A DNA stretch of 44,535 bases from an uncultured Candidatus Saccharibacteria bacterium (GTDB taxonomy: Bacteria > Patescibacteriota > Minisyncoccia > JAHISW01 > Tagabacteraceae): contig CAZRMW010000007.1 in NCBI GenBank assembly GCA_964601305.1, positions 1 through 44,535 on the forward strand, written 5' to 3'. The notes below the pieces were generated by a model that ran no database searches, had not been told where the DNA came from, and worked only from the letters and a program-made list of their open reading frames with translations. The first letter of the stretch is position 1. Every line of letters starts with the position of its first letter. Shown here in pieces: positions 35,931 to 44,535 of this stretch. The translations under genes were made by a program, and so were the position numbers.

Positions 35931-36710
35931 TTATTTCTTGTGCCTGGACAGAAAAAGATCATAATCGTCTTTACCTGGATCTTCGTAGGTAAATTTAAAG
36001 AGCGGTTTTTTAATATCCAAGACTGTAATTTTACCAATAGGCCAAACTATAATTTTACTTCCCTTTTTTGTGGCTCCATGTTTTTTACAAATTTTTACGA
36101 GAGCTTCTACGATTGCTCTATGTATTTTAGGAGAATCTTTTTGTTTACAACTCGTACAATTAATTATTTCTTGAAGGATACTTTCTTTTGGTATTTCTTT
36201 ACATGAAAGATCTTTTGTTTCGAACTCAAAAACTCCGTTTTTTTCTATGGCTATCTCAAGATATAAATTAACTATACCGCCCAAGATTTCTTTTACGGCT
36301 TCTATAATTGGATCTATTATTTCTTGGTTTGGTCGGGGGTGGAAAAAACAGGGAACTTCTTCAAAATCTCTCCACTCTGAGTTTACATGCTCTTTTGTGA
36401 TAATTTTTTGGTTTTTTCTTGGATCATGCCAGTTTAAAAAAAATATTTTTTCTTCCCCTTTAAAATTTTTTCCAATTTCAAAAATAGTTTTAGTAAATCT
36501 ATCTATGTCTATTTCAATTTTTTTATTATTTTTTCCGAGCTGACGCCAGCAAAGTAAAAAAATAATTAAAGAAATTAAAATAAATACAACAACCAATTCA
36601 GAAGTTATTTTCATTTGAGTGGACACTATGGGAAGCCAATTGACCAAAGAATAAAGAAGTACAGGAATTAAACTTGCAAAAAATCTTTTCCACTTATTTT
36701 TAATGTACAT
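35931..36710 (-). CDS. Hypothetical membrane-anchored protein
   Basis: Two N-terminal TM segments, CTSC; SD GGAGGT. Confidence 0.7.
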   Translation of the reverse strand: MYIKNKWKRFFASLIPVLLYSLVNWLPIVSTQMKITSELVVVFILISLIIFLLCWRQLGKNNKKIEIDIDRFTKTIFEIGKNFKGEEKIFFLNWHDPRKNQKIITKEHVNSEWRDFEEVPCFFHPRPNQEIIDPIIEAVKEILGGIVNLYLEIAIEKNGVFEFETKDLSCKEIPKESILQEIINCTSCKQKDSPKIHRAIVEALVKICKKHGATKKGSKIIVWPIGKITVLDIKKPLFKFTYEDPGKDDYDLFLSRHKK

Positions 36711-36763
36711 TACCCACCTCCGTTTTTATTTACCCAAATCTTGCCATAAAAACCTAAAAATGT

Positions 36764-36793
36764 AAACCCCCGAGCGTGAATGCGCCCGGGGTT
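36764..36793 (-). terminator. Terminator-like hairpin after aminopeptidase
   Basis: AAACCCCCGAGCGTGAATGCGCCCGGGGTT. Confidence 0.6.
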
Positions 36794-36802
36794 GTATATT
36801 TT

Positions 36803-38026
36803 TTAATAGTCAAATTCTCCACTGTCGTTGTAGATTATTCTCGAACTTCTATTTTTTTTGTGTGCAACAACTGTTTTGGGTTCTGTGTTTATTAAATCCC
36901 AATGTTGTGCAGAGTCGTTAAAACCGAGTTCAGCTTTTTGTTTTTTGGTTAATCTGTCCTGATCTCCGTCGTATGAATCCAAATAGGCAGATCCAACAGC
37001 AATATGACAGTTTCCAAACTCTCCACCGACATTTTCATCAAATAATGTGCTTGCCATGAATTTTGTGATAGGAGAGAAACGTTTGTCTGTAAGAGAAAAC
37101 TCACCAACTTGTTTTGCTCCTTTATCCATACCAATTTGTTTTAAAAGGCATTTTTCTCCTTTTTTTGCGCTGGCTTCTACTACACTCCCTTTTTTAAATA
37201 CAAGGCGAACTCCTTGTACAACGTTTCCTGATTTTAAAGACATTTCATTGGCATAGAATGTTCCTTCCACAGTTCTCCAGTCGGGAGATATAAAAAGTTC
37301 AAAACTTGGGATATTATGTCCGGAAACTCCGAGCCATCGTCGTTTTTTCCCTGGTCCAACTTTTAAATCAATATTTTTAGATCGAATATGAAAGTATTCA
37401 GTTTCCGACGTAATTTTGTCAAGAAAATTTTTATAATCTTCGGCACGTTTTGCAAGGTCTTCCCAAACTTCTCTGGCATTGTGTTCGTTTAACCAACAAG
37501 CTTTTGCGACTTCTTTAGCGTATTCTTTTAAAGACATTTTTGCTTGTTTTGCCAGGGCAGACGTTGGGTAGTATCCGAGAGTCCAACCTAAAAGACCTTT
37601 TGCTTCTCTTCCAAAAAGAATATCTTTAAAAGGCTTGAGAGACTTCTGTCTCAGAGCTATTCTGTTTTGGTCACAATTTCTTAAATGAGTTAAGCTTGTG
37701 GGTGCATGGATTCCTATAGATCCATTCATATTGTTCAAGAATAATTTTCGCCACTCGGGGAAAAGTTCTATTTGGTTGTTGTCAGCAAAGTTAAAAAAAG
37801 TTTTTTCCATTTTGGGCGTCATTCCCCAATCGATATTTACATGAAAACCTTTTATGATAAGTTCTTCGTAAAGTATTTCAAGTAAGTCTGTGGCGCCTGA
37901 ATCAAAAGCAATTCGTATTACATCCCCTTTTGAAAATTCTCCTCCAGATCCTCTGCGGGCTTGCTCTAAGCCCCAAATCAAAGCTCTTGCATAGTTGGTC
38001 AACTGTTTTTCGGTAAAAACTTGCAT
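36803..38026 (-). CDS. Aminopeptidase, family M29 (AmpT/PepS-like)
   Basis: NIPSFELF, VGEFSL, LFDEN, NCHIAVG, NDSAQHWD; SD GGGAGG before MQVF. Confidence 0.9.
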   Translation of the reverse strand: MQVFTEKQLTNYARALIWGLEQARRGSGGEFSKGDVIRIAFDSGATDLLEILYEELIIKGFHVNIDWGMTPKMEKTFFNFADNNQIELFPEWRKLFLNNMNGSIGIHAPTSLTHLRNCDQNRIALRQKSLKPFKDILFGREAKGLLGWTLGYYPTSALAKQAKMSLKEYAKEVAKACWLNEHNAREVWEDLAKRAEDYKNFLDKITSETEYFHIRSKNIDLKVGPGKKRRWLGVSGHNIPSFELFISPDWRTVEGTFYANEMSLKSGNVVQGVRLVFKKGSVVEASAKKGEKCLLKQIGMDKGAKQVGEFSLTDKRFSPITKFMASTLFDENVGGEFGNCHIAVGSAYLDSYDGDQDRLTKKQKAELGFNDSAQHWDLINTEPKTVVAHKKNRSSRIIYNDSGEFDY

Positions 38027-38135
38027 AGTGTTTCCTCCCTGGGTTATTTGTTTTTCAATGAGCTTTCGGTTTTCATCTACCCCAAAGCTTGCCATAAAGA
38101 GGAAAATATGTAAATACTATAGTATAATATATGGT

Positions 38136-38705
38136 ATGTTAGATTATACAGACTTAAAACCAGGCACTAAGTTTTTGTTAGATGGCGACCCCTTCGTTGT
38201 TTTAGAATACACTTTTAAGAAAAAACAGAGACAAAAGCCAACAGTTCAAACTAAAATAAAAAACATCATCACAGGAAGTGTTGTTGAAAAAGCATTTACA
38301 CAAAACGATTCTATAAAAGAAGCAGAGGTGGAAATAGAAGAAGTGAAATTTTTGTATGAGAACCGCGGGGAATTTTGGTTTTGTAAGCCAAACAATCCCG
38401 GAGATAGATTTAAATTAGAAAGCGACCTTATAGGAACTGGTGCAAAATTTTTAAAACAAAATTCAATAGTAAAAGCTCAAAAATTTAATGATGAAATAAT
38501 TGGCATAGATTTGCCAATCAAACTAGAATTGAAAGTAGTAGAGGCGCCGCCTGCTGTGAGGGGAAATACTGCTCAAGGAGCTAATAAACAAGTAGTACTA
38601 GAAACCGGCGCTACAATCAATACACCTATATTTATAAGCGAAGGAGACATAATTAGAGTAAACACCGAAAAAGAGGAGTATGTAGAAAGGGTTACCAAGG
38701 CATAA
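38136..38705 (+). CDS. efp: Translation elongation factor P
   Basis: DLKPG, RGNTAQGANK, LETG, PIFISEGD, VNT...YVER; start trimmed to MLDY. Confidence 0.93.
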   Translation: MLDYTDLKPGTKFLLDGDPFVVLEYTFKKKQRQKPTVQTKIKNIITGSVVEKAFTQNDSIKEAEVEIEEVKFLYENRGEFWFCKPNNPGDRFKLESDLIGTGAKFLKQNSIVKAQKFNDEIIGIDLPIKLELKVVEAPPAVRGNTAQGANKQVVLETGATINTPIFISEGDIIRVNTEKEEYVERVTKA

Positions 38706-38739
38706 ATATATTTGTTATATATAAAAGTAGTTAAGCAAA

Positions 38740-39339
38740 ATGAAAAATAAGTTATATCTACAATTAGAAGACGAAATAATTAACGAGGAAAATATGGATT
38801 TTGAAGACGAAGAGCTTGTCTTAAAATCTTTAAACAATCCTCGGCTATTTGAGTTGTTTGTAGAAAAATATCAAGATACTTTTTTTAGAACAGCAAATAG
38901 GATTTTAAAAGATAAAGAAGAAACAGAGGATGTTGTACAAGATGCTTTTGTAAAAATTTATTACAATGTAAAAAAATTTCAAAAAAGACCTGGAATAAAA
39001 TTCAAGAGTTGGGCTTTTAAGATTCTTATAAACTGTGTTTTTACAAGATATAAGAAGGCAAAAAAAAGAAAAGGGCAAGCAGAATTTTTAGACGAAGTTT
39101 TATATTTTGAAGGTGGAAATTTTGATAGTGGCTTTGAAATGAAAGAAAAAAGAGACGAGATAGAAAGTATACTTGCTAGAATGCCAGAAGATTTTGGTGA
39201 GCTAATAAAGAAACATTATTTAGAAGACAGACCATATGCAGAGATTGCTTCGGAAAGAGGAATGAGTATTCCTGCTTTAAAAATGAAACTTTTTAGGGCT
39301 AGAAAGAAGTTTAAAGGAGTAAGAGAAGATATTAATTAA
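38740..39339 (+). CDS. ECF (sigma24-like) RNA polymerase sigma factor
   Basis: EDVVQDAFVKIY, FKSWAFKILIN, YAEIA...KMKLFRAR. Confidence 0.9.
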   Translation: MKNKLYLQLEDEIINEENMDFEDEELVLKSLNNPRLFELFVEKYQDTFFRTANRILKDKEETEDVVQDAFVKIYYNVKKFQKRPGIKFKSWAFKILINCVFTRYKKAKKRKGQAEFLDEVLYFEGGNFDSGFEMKEKRDEIESILARMPEDFGELIKKHYLEDRPYAEIASERGMSIPALKMKLFRARKKFKGVREDIN

Positions 39340-39348
39340 AATTATAAT

Positions 39349-39693
39349 ATGGGCGCAGACAATAATTTAAAAAAGAGAATAATGAAAAGGGTGTATGCAA
39401 TTTGGTTTGTGAAAAAAATTGCACCAGCCATTTTTATATATACTCCATTTTTGGGCTTCATTGCTCTTAGAGAAACAGCCAACGAATTTTTTATAACTAA
39501 AATTGTAGAAAATTTTGTTCTGGCACTAAACAGTGGTTTTGCGGCAACTATGAGCTACATGGCTTCTGCTGTTGCAAATATTCCGGCAATGCCAAGTTTA
39601 ATAATTCTGCTTTCAACAGGAGCACTGGTGTTTGTACTGAAAGGGCTTTTTATCAGCCTAAAAAGAATGAGTTTAGTAAAAACAGCGGCATAA
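39349..39693 (+). CDS. Small membrane protein, possible anti-sigma factor
   Basis: 9 nt downstream of the ECF sigma; hydrophobic segments. Confidence 0.6.
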   Translation: MGADNNLKKRIMKRVYAIWFVKKIAPAIFIYTPFLGFIALRETANEFFITKIVENFVLALNSGFAATMSYMASAVANIPAMPSLIILLSTGALVFVLKGLFISLKRMSLVKTAA

Positions 39694-39714
39694 TCCTAAT
39701 AATTTCGACATTTT

Positions 39715-39742
39715 TAAACGCCTCAGTCGACTGAGGCGTTTA
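39715..39742 (+). terminator. Perfect 28-bp palindrome / terminator
   Basis: TAAACGCCTCAGTCGACTGAGGCGTTTA followed by T run. Confidence 0.7.
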
Positions 39743-39795
39743 GTTTTTTAAGGTGTTTTTCAAAATTAAGAATTTATGCTTATAATGAATATATT

Positions 39796-42333
39796 ATGAA
39801 CCAATATAATTTCAAAAAAGTAGAAAAAAAATGGGCGGAGAAGTGGGTGGAGGATAAGACTTTTACTCCAGATTTGGATAAGGCAAAAAATCCGTATTAT
39901 GCCCTCTTTATGTTTCCGTACCCAAGTGCGGAAGGTCTTCATATTGGAAATTTTTATGCTTTTACTTGCACAGATGTAATGGCCAAGTATAAAAAATTGC
40001 GCGGATTTGATGTATTTGAGCCGATTGGTTTTGATGCTTTTGGAATTCATAGTGAAAACTATGCTCTAAAGATTGGAGAAACGCCTCAAAAAATGCTTGA
40101 TAGGACGAAAAAAAATTTTAGAAGGCAATTAAGTGCCGCCGGATTGGGGTGCGACTGGACTAGAGAAGTAGATACCACTACTCCAGAGTACTACAAATGG
40201 ACGCAATGGATTTTTACTAAACTTTTTGAGCGTGGACTTGCAGTGCAAAAAGAAGCTCTTCTTCATTGGTGTCCGAGTTGCAAAACTGTGCTTGCAGATG
40301 AGCAAATAGAGGGTGGTGAGTGTGAGAGGTGTGGCGCAGTGCCAGAAAAGAAAAAACTTAGGCAGTGGTTTTTCAAAATTACAGATTTTTCTGAAAGACT
40401 TCTTGGTGGTCTTGAAGATATGGATTGGAGCGAGATTACAAAAGCTGCGCAAAAAAACTGGATCGGCAAAAGCGAAGGCGCTAAGATTTTCTTTAAAATT
40501 GAAGTAGAGAAATCTTCGCAGAAAGACGCAGAACAGACGCAGAACAACGCAGAAATTCCGCGACTCTCTGCGTTAAGTCAGCGCGATTCCGCGACCTCGG
40601 TAGAGGTATTTACAACTCGTCCCGATACTCTTTTTGGTGCTACTTACTTTGTGCTGTCTCCGGAGCATCCACTAGTAAAAAAAATTACCACAGAAGAGCA
40701 AAAAAGCAGTGTTGAAAAATACATAAAAGAGGCTGTAGCGAAATCTGATTTAGACAGAACAGAAGCAAAAGAAAAAACAGGAGTATTTACCGGGGCTTAT
40801 GCCACAAATCCGGTCAATGGAGAAAAGATTCCAGTTTGGGTAGCAGATTATGTGCTTATGGGATATGGCACAGGGGCTATTATGGCTGTGCCTGCACACG
40901 ATGAGAGAGATTGGGATTTTGCTAAAAAATATGACCTGCCGATTGTAGGGGTTCTTAAGGGTGACGACATAGAAAAAGAAGCTTTTGTTGGCGATGGGTC
41001 TTATGTAAATTCAGGATTTTTGGATGGTTTAAAAACAAAAGAAGAGGGTGTCAAAAAAATGATAGAGTGGCTTGAAGAAAAAGATTTGGGAGAAAAGACC
41101 ACAAATTACAAACTTAGAGATTGGTGTATAAGTAGGCAAAGATATTGGGGTCCACCTATTCCAATAATTTATTGTGATAAATGTGGCGAGGTGCCCGTAC
41201 CAGAAAAAGATTTGCCTGTGTTGCTTCCAAACCTTAAAGAAGACTGGGAGCCCGGCTCGGCTTCAGACGGCCCTACAGGGGATGGCAAAGGCCCACTGGC
41301 TGGTGTAGAAGAATTTGTAAATACAAAATGTCCAAAATGTGAAGGCGAAGCGGAAAGGGAAACAGATGTAATGGATAATTTTTTGGACTCTGCTTGGTAT
41401 TACTGCAGATATATAAGTCCAGAAAACAAAGAAAGAATTTTTGATGCAGATTTAGGGGAGAAATGGTTGCCCGTAGATTTTTATGTGGGAGGAAATGAGC
41501 ATGCGGTGCTTCATCTTATGTATACTCGATTTATCACTATGGCGCTTCATGATTTGGGGCTTGTAGATTTTGACAACCCTTTCAAAAAATTTAGAGCAAA
41601 CGGAATGATACTTAAAGACGGAGCAAAGATGAGCAAGTCTAAAGACAATGTAGTAATTCCGGAAGAATATGGAGAAAAGATTGGTTACGATGCGCTAAAA
41701 ACATATTTGCTTTTTTTGGGTCCACTTAGTGAAGACAGGTCTTTTTCGGACGAGGGAGTAATGGGTGCAAAAAGGTGGGTGGAAAAAATTGCCAGACTAG
41801 AAGAGAGAGTGAGCGAGGGTGTTCAAGATGAAAAAAGTGCGATTAAAAAATTGCATCAAACAATAAAACAGGTAGAAGAAGATTTTAATGATGAAAAATA
41901 TAACACGGCTATTTCTAAGCTGATGGAACTCACAAATATTTTGCATAGCCAAGAAAAAATATCCAAAGGTGTTTGGCAAAAATTTTTGGCAATTATTGCT
42001 CCCTTTACTCCAGCTCTTGCAGAGGAAATGTGGTCTAAACTTGGAAATGACAAATCAATCTTTGTCGAAGAAAACTGGCCCAAATATGATCCTAAAAAAA
42101 TAGAAGAAGACGCTTTTGAACTCATTGTACAAATAAATGGGAAATTTCGAGGTGGAATTTCTGTTCAAAAAGATATAGACCAGAAGGAGGCAGAAGAGCT
42201 GATTTTAAAAAACGATAAGTTTAAAAAATATCTCCAGCTAGGGGCGGATGGGAAAGATGTTAAACCTAAAAAAATAATTTTTGTAAAAAACAAATTAATA
42301 AACTTTGTTTTTCCTCCCGCTCAGCAGGGTTGA
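39796..42333 (+). CDS. leuS: Leucine--tRNA ligase
   Basis: MFPYPS..LHIGN, TTRPDT, GTGAIMAVPAHD, DWCISRQRYWG, KMSKS. Confidence 0.97.
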   Translation: MNQYNFKKVEKKWAEKWVEDKTFTPDLDKAKNPYYALFMFPYPSAEGLHIGNFYAFTCTDVMAKYKKLRGFDVFEPIGFDAFGIHSENYALKIGETPQKMLDRTKKNFRRQLSAAGLGCDWTREVDTTTPEYYKWTQWIFTKLFERGLAVQKEALLHWCPSCKTVLADEQIEGGECERCGAVPEKKKLRQWFFKITDFSERLLGGLEDMDWSEITKAAQKNWIGKSEGAKIFFKIEVEKSSQKDAEQTQNNAEIPRLSALSQRDSATSVEVFTTRPDTLFGATYFVLSPEHPLVKKITTEEQKSSVEKYIKEAVAKSDLDRTEAKEKTGVFTGAYATNPVNGEKIPVWVADYVLMGYGTGAIMAVPAHDERDWDFAKKYDLPIVGVLKGDDIEKEAFVGDGSYVNSGFLDGLKTKEEGVKKMIEWLEEKDLGEKTTNYKLRDWCISRQRYWGPPIPIIYCDKCGEVPVPEKDLPVLLPNLKEDWEPGSASDGPTGDGKGPLAGVEEFVNTKCPKCEGEAERETDVMDNFLDSAWYYCRYISPENKERIFDADLGEKWLPVDFYVGGNEHAVLHLMYTRFITMALHDLGLVDFDNPFKKFRANGMILKDGAKMSKSKDNVVIPEEYGEKIGYDALKTYLLFLGPLSEDRSFSDEGVMGAKRWVEKIARLEERVSEGVQDEKSAIKKLHQTIKQVEEDFNDEKYNTAISKLMELTNILHSQEKISKGVWQKFLAIIAPFTPALAEEMWSKLGNDKSIFVEENWPKYDPKKIEEDAFELIVQINGKFRGGISVQKDIDQKEAEELILKNDKFKKYLQLGADGKDVKPKKIIFVKNKLINFVFPPAQQG
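40516..40594. repeat. In-frame composite inverted repeat inside leuS
   Basis: Four CGCAGAA units followed by four degenerate reverse-complement units (TTCCGCG, CTCTGCG, GTCAGCG, TTCCGCG). Confidence 0.8.
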
Positions 42334-42413
42334 CTTCATTTTAGCTATATGTTATCTTGCCATTATAAGACATAGACACATTAAATTACTAAAATTTAAT
42401 TGTTTATAAAAAA

Positions 42414-43442
42414 ATGGAAAAGATGACATTTAATCCAATATCTATTACAAAAAAATTGTTAAATTCTTTGGAAGAAAGACCAAGAGTTGTTTTAGTTGAA
42501 AGGTTTGGTTTGGGTAATTCAAATCCTAGAACCCTAGAATCTATTGGTAAGGAGTACGGTATTACAAGAGAAAGGGTTAGGCAGATAGAAGCATTTGCTT
42601 TAAATAAAGTCAGAAAGTCAGATGATTTTTCAAAACTTGATCAAGTTTTTGAAGAGTTAAAAAACATAATGAATGCTCATGGTGGAATAGTACACGAAGA
42701 CGAATTTCTTTCTTCAAAAGCAAAAGATGGCGGACAAAAGAGACACCTTTTGTTTCTTTTAGTTGTTGGGGAGCCATTTGGTAAATTAAAAGAAAATAAA
42801 CATTTTGCTCACTCTTGGTCTACTAATTTTGAAAGAGCAGAGAAAGTTAGAAATGCTATAAAAAATCTACATGGCGAAATGAACAGAGAAACAGTTTTTT
42901 CAGAAGACGAAATTTTAGAAAACTTTAGAAGTCATTTAGAGAGCGAGCTTGAAGAAAAATTAGCAGAAGAAAAAATATTGCGTTCTTTGCTTAATATTTC
43001 AAAACTTGTGGCTCCAAACGCGTTGGGCGAGTGGGGTCTTGTTTCTTCTCCATACATAAAGCCAAGAGGAATGAGAGATTATGCATTTTTGGTAATGAGA
43101 AGACACGGTTCTCCTATGCACTTTACAGAAGCAGCAAAGGCTATTACAGATCTTTTTGGCAGACCTGCTCATATACAAACTGTTCACAATGAAATGATAA
43201 AAGACGACAAATTTGTACTAGTGGGTCGCGGACTTTATGCACTTAAAGACTGGGGGTACAAAGAAGGTGTGGTAAGAAATGTTATTGAAAAAATATTGTC
43301 AGATACTGGTGCGCTTACAAAAGACGAAATTATAAAAAGTGTACTGAAAGAAAGATATATTAAAGAAAATACTATTTTGGTAAATCTTCAAAACAAGAAT
43401 CATTTCAGAAAAGATAGTAGAGGAAGGTATAGCTTAGTCTAA
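42414..43442 (+). CDS. Sigma70 region-4 HTH protein with C-terminal HARE-HTH/wHTH domains
   Basis: [21 protein letters not shown]; PMHF; [14 protein letters not shown]. Confidence 0.8.
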   Translation: MEKMTFNPISITKKLLNSLEERPRVVLVERFGLGNSNPRTLESIGKEYGITRERVRQIEAFALNKVRKSDDFSKLDQVFEELKNIMNAHGGIVHEDEFLSSKAKDGGQKRHLLFLLVVGEPFGKLKENKHFAHSWSTNFERAEKVRNAIKNLHGEMNRETVFSEDEILENFRSHLESELEEKLAEEKILRSLLNISKLVAPNALGEWGLVSSPYIKPRGMRDYAFLVMRRHGSPMHFTEAAKAITDLFGRPAHIQTVHNEMIKDDKFVLVGRGLYALKDWGYKEGVVRNVIEKILSDTGALTKDEIIKSVLKERYIKENTILVNLQNKNHFRKDSRGRYSLV

Positions 43443-43468
43443 TAATAAAAAATTTCTAAACAGAGTTT

Positions 43469-43499
43469 CATCCGGGGGGAACTTTCACCCGGATGTTTT
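43469..43499 (+). terminator. Intrinsic terminator
   Basis: CATCCGGG...CCCGGATG followed by T run. Confidence 0.7.
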
Positions 43500-43536
43500 G
43501 TTTTTTGTAAGAATTAAAATATAATTAATATATAGT

Positions 43537-44535
43537 ATGAATCTAGATTTATTTTTAAATATTTTAAAACACCCCATTATTGAAACAATTTTTCATTGGA
43601 TTGGTTATTTTTGGTTTTTGTGGATACCAGCAGTTCTTCTGATTATTTTTTACGATGTATGGGTAAAACAAAAAAGGCTTAATTTTTTAGCCAACATAGA
43701 GTGGATCCTTTTAGAAATAAAAGTGCCGAGAGATATTTTCAAAAGCCCAAAAGCTATGGAGACTATATTAACATCACTTTACAGTGCTTCATCTGAAGGT
43801 TCTTGGTGGAAAAATTTAAAGAAAGGCACTTTGTCTAGCTGGTATAGTTTAGAAATAACCAGCAGGAATGGGAACATACATTTTTATACAAGAATACCTA
43901 AGGGGCAAAGAAACTTTGTTGAGTCTCAGTTTTATGCTCAATATCCAGGAGCTGAGATAAAAGATGTCGATGATTATACTTATGCAGCTAATTTTGAAGA
44001 TTTAGACAATTGGAATATTTGGGGGGAAGAATTAGCTTTAGTAAAAGAAGATGTGTACCCTCTGAAAACATACGTAGACTTCGATCTTCATATGGCAGCT
44101 ACAAAAGAGGAGCACAAGATAAATCCGTTGGTGTCTTTTATAGAATTTCTAGGTTCTTTAGGTGACGGGGAGCAGATTTGGTTTCAGGTAATGATAAAAG
44201 GCGTTAGTAAAGATAAAATAAAAGAAGTGGCGAAGACTGCGAAAAAAGAAATAGACAAACTTTTAGGTAGAGATAAAAAGCCTGAAGAAAAAAAAGAAAT
44301 TTCAAAAGGAGAAAAGGATGCAGTAAGTGCAATAGAAAAAAGTATTGCTAAAAACAGCTTCGATACAGGCATAAGGGTAATGTATTTGGCGAGGAAGGAT
44401 ATTTTTAATAAAGTAAACTCAGCATCGCTTTTAGGATTGATGAATCAATATGGTACTCAAAATTTGAATGGCTTTAAGCCGGCAGGTATTTTGAAAATTA
44501 AGCCGTTCAAATTTTTATTTAAAAATAAAAGAGAG
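43537..44535 (+). CDS. Membrane-anchored hypothetical protein, runs off window end (absent from ORF track)
   Basis: Open frame from ATG 43537: MNLDLFLNILKHP...LLEIKVPRDIFKSPKAME...SLEI...FYAQYPGAEI; TATAAT 11 nt upstream. Confidence 0.8.
   Translation, partial: MNLDLFLNILKHPIIETIFHWIGYFWFLWIPAVLLIIFYDVWVKQKRLNFLANIEWILLEIKVPRDIFKSPKAMETILTSLYSASSEGSWWKNLKKGTLSSWYSLEITSRNGNIHFYTRIPKGQRNFVESQFYAQYPGAEIKDVDDYTYAANFEDLDNWNIWGEELALVKEDVYPLKTYVDFDLHMAATKEEHKINPLVSFIEFLGSLGDGEQIWFQVMIKGVSKDKIKEVAKTAKKEIDKLLGRDKKPEEKKEISKGEKDAVSAIEKSIAKNSFDTGIRVMYLARKDIFNKVNSASLLGLMNQYGTQNLNGFKPAGILKIKPFKFLFKNKRE

Noticed and set aside
35580-38114. Prophage or integrative element at tRNA-Ala
   Set aside because: No integrase or phage genes and no duplicated tRNA 3' end seen in the window

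Overview
AT-rich bacterial chromosomal segment whose gene content suggests a Patescibacteria/Parcubacteria (CPR) genome; this is an inference, not a database result. Core content: tRNA-Gly (partial), tRNA-Pro, tRNA-Ala, yraN, nusA, a histidine kinase / stand-alone receiver / pilB cluster, pilC plus three minor pilin-like genes, a four-subunit group 3b [NiFe] hydrogenase with hypC, a MacAB-type ABC exporter, ddl, efp, an ECF sigma factor and leuS. Accessory genes are interleaved throughout: an HTH-Fic, four type II toxin-antitoxin pairs, a NYN-domain protein, an orphan FliA/sigma28, a PaaX/Cas2-like gene, an M29 aminopeptidase and many ORFans. The most unusual structure read directly from the DNA: (1) the PaaX/Cas2-like gene is bracketed by two inverted 34-bp sites TATCCA-N6-CGCGACCGC-N7-TGGATA with exactly conserved spacing; (2) core genes look leaderless (-10 box 6-11 nt before the start, no SD) while accessory genes carry strong Shine-Dalgarno sites; (3) two unrelated adjacent genes share homologous promoter and terminator flanks; (4) GC-rich palindromic mini-elements sit in-frame inside hydA, leuS and a PHP gene; (5) the Fic cassette is bounded by a duplication of the pilB 3' end; (6) three TA modules are inserted in and immediately after the ABC exporter operon. 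No CRISPR array, integrase or transposase is visible in the window.
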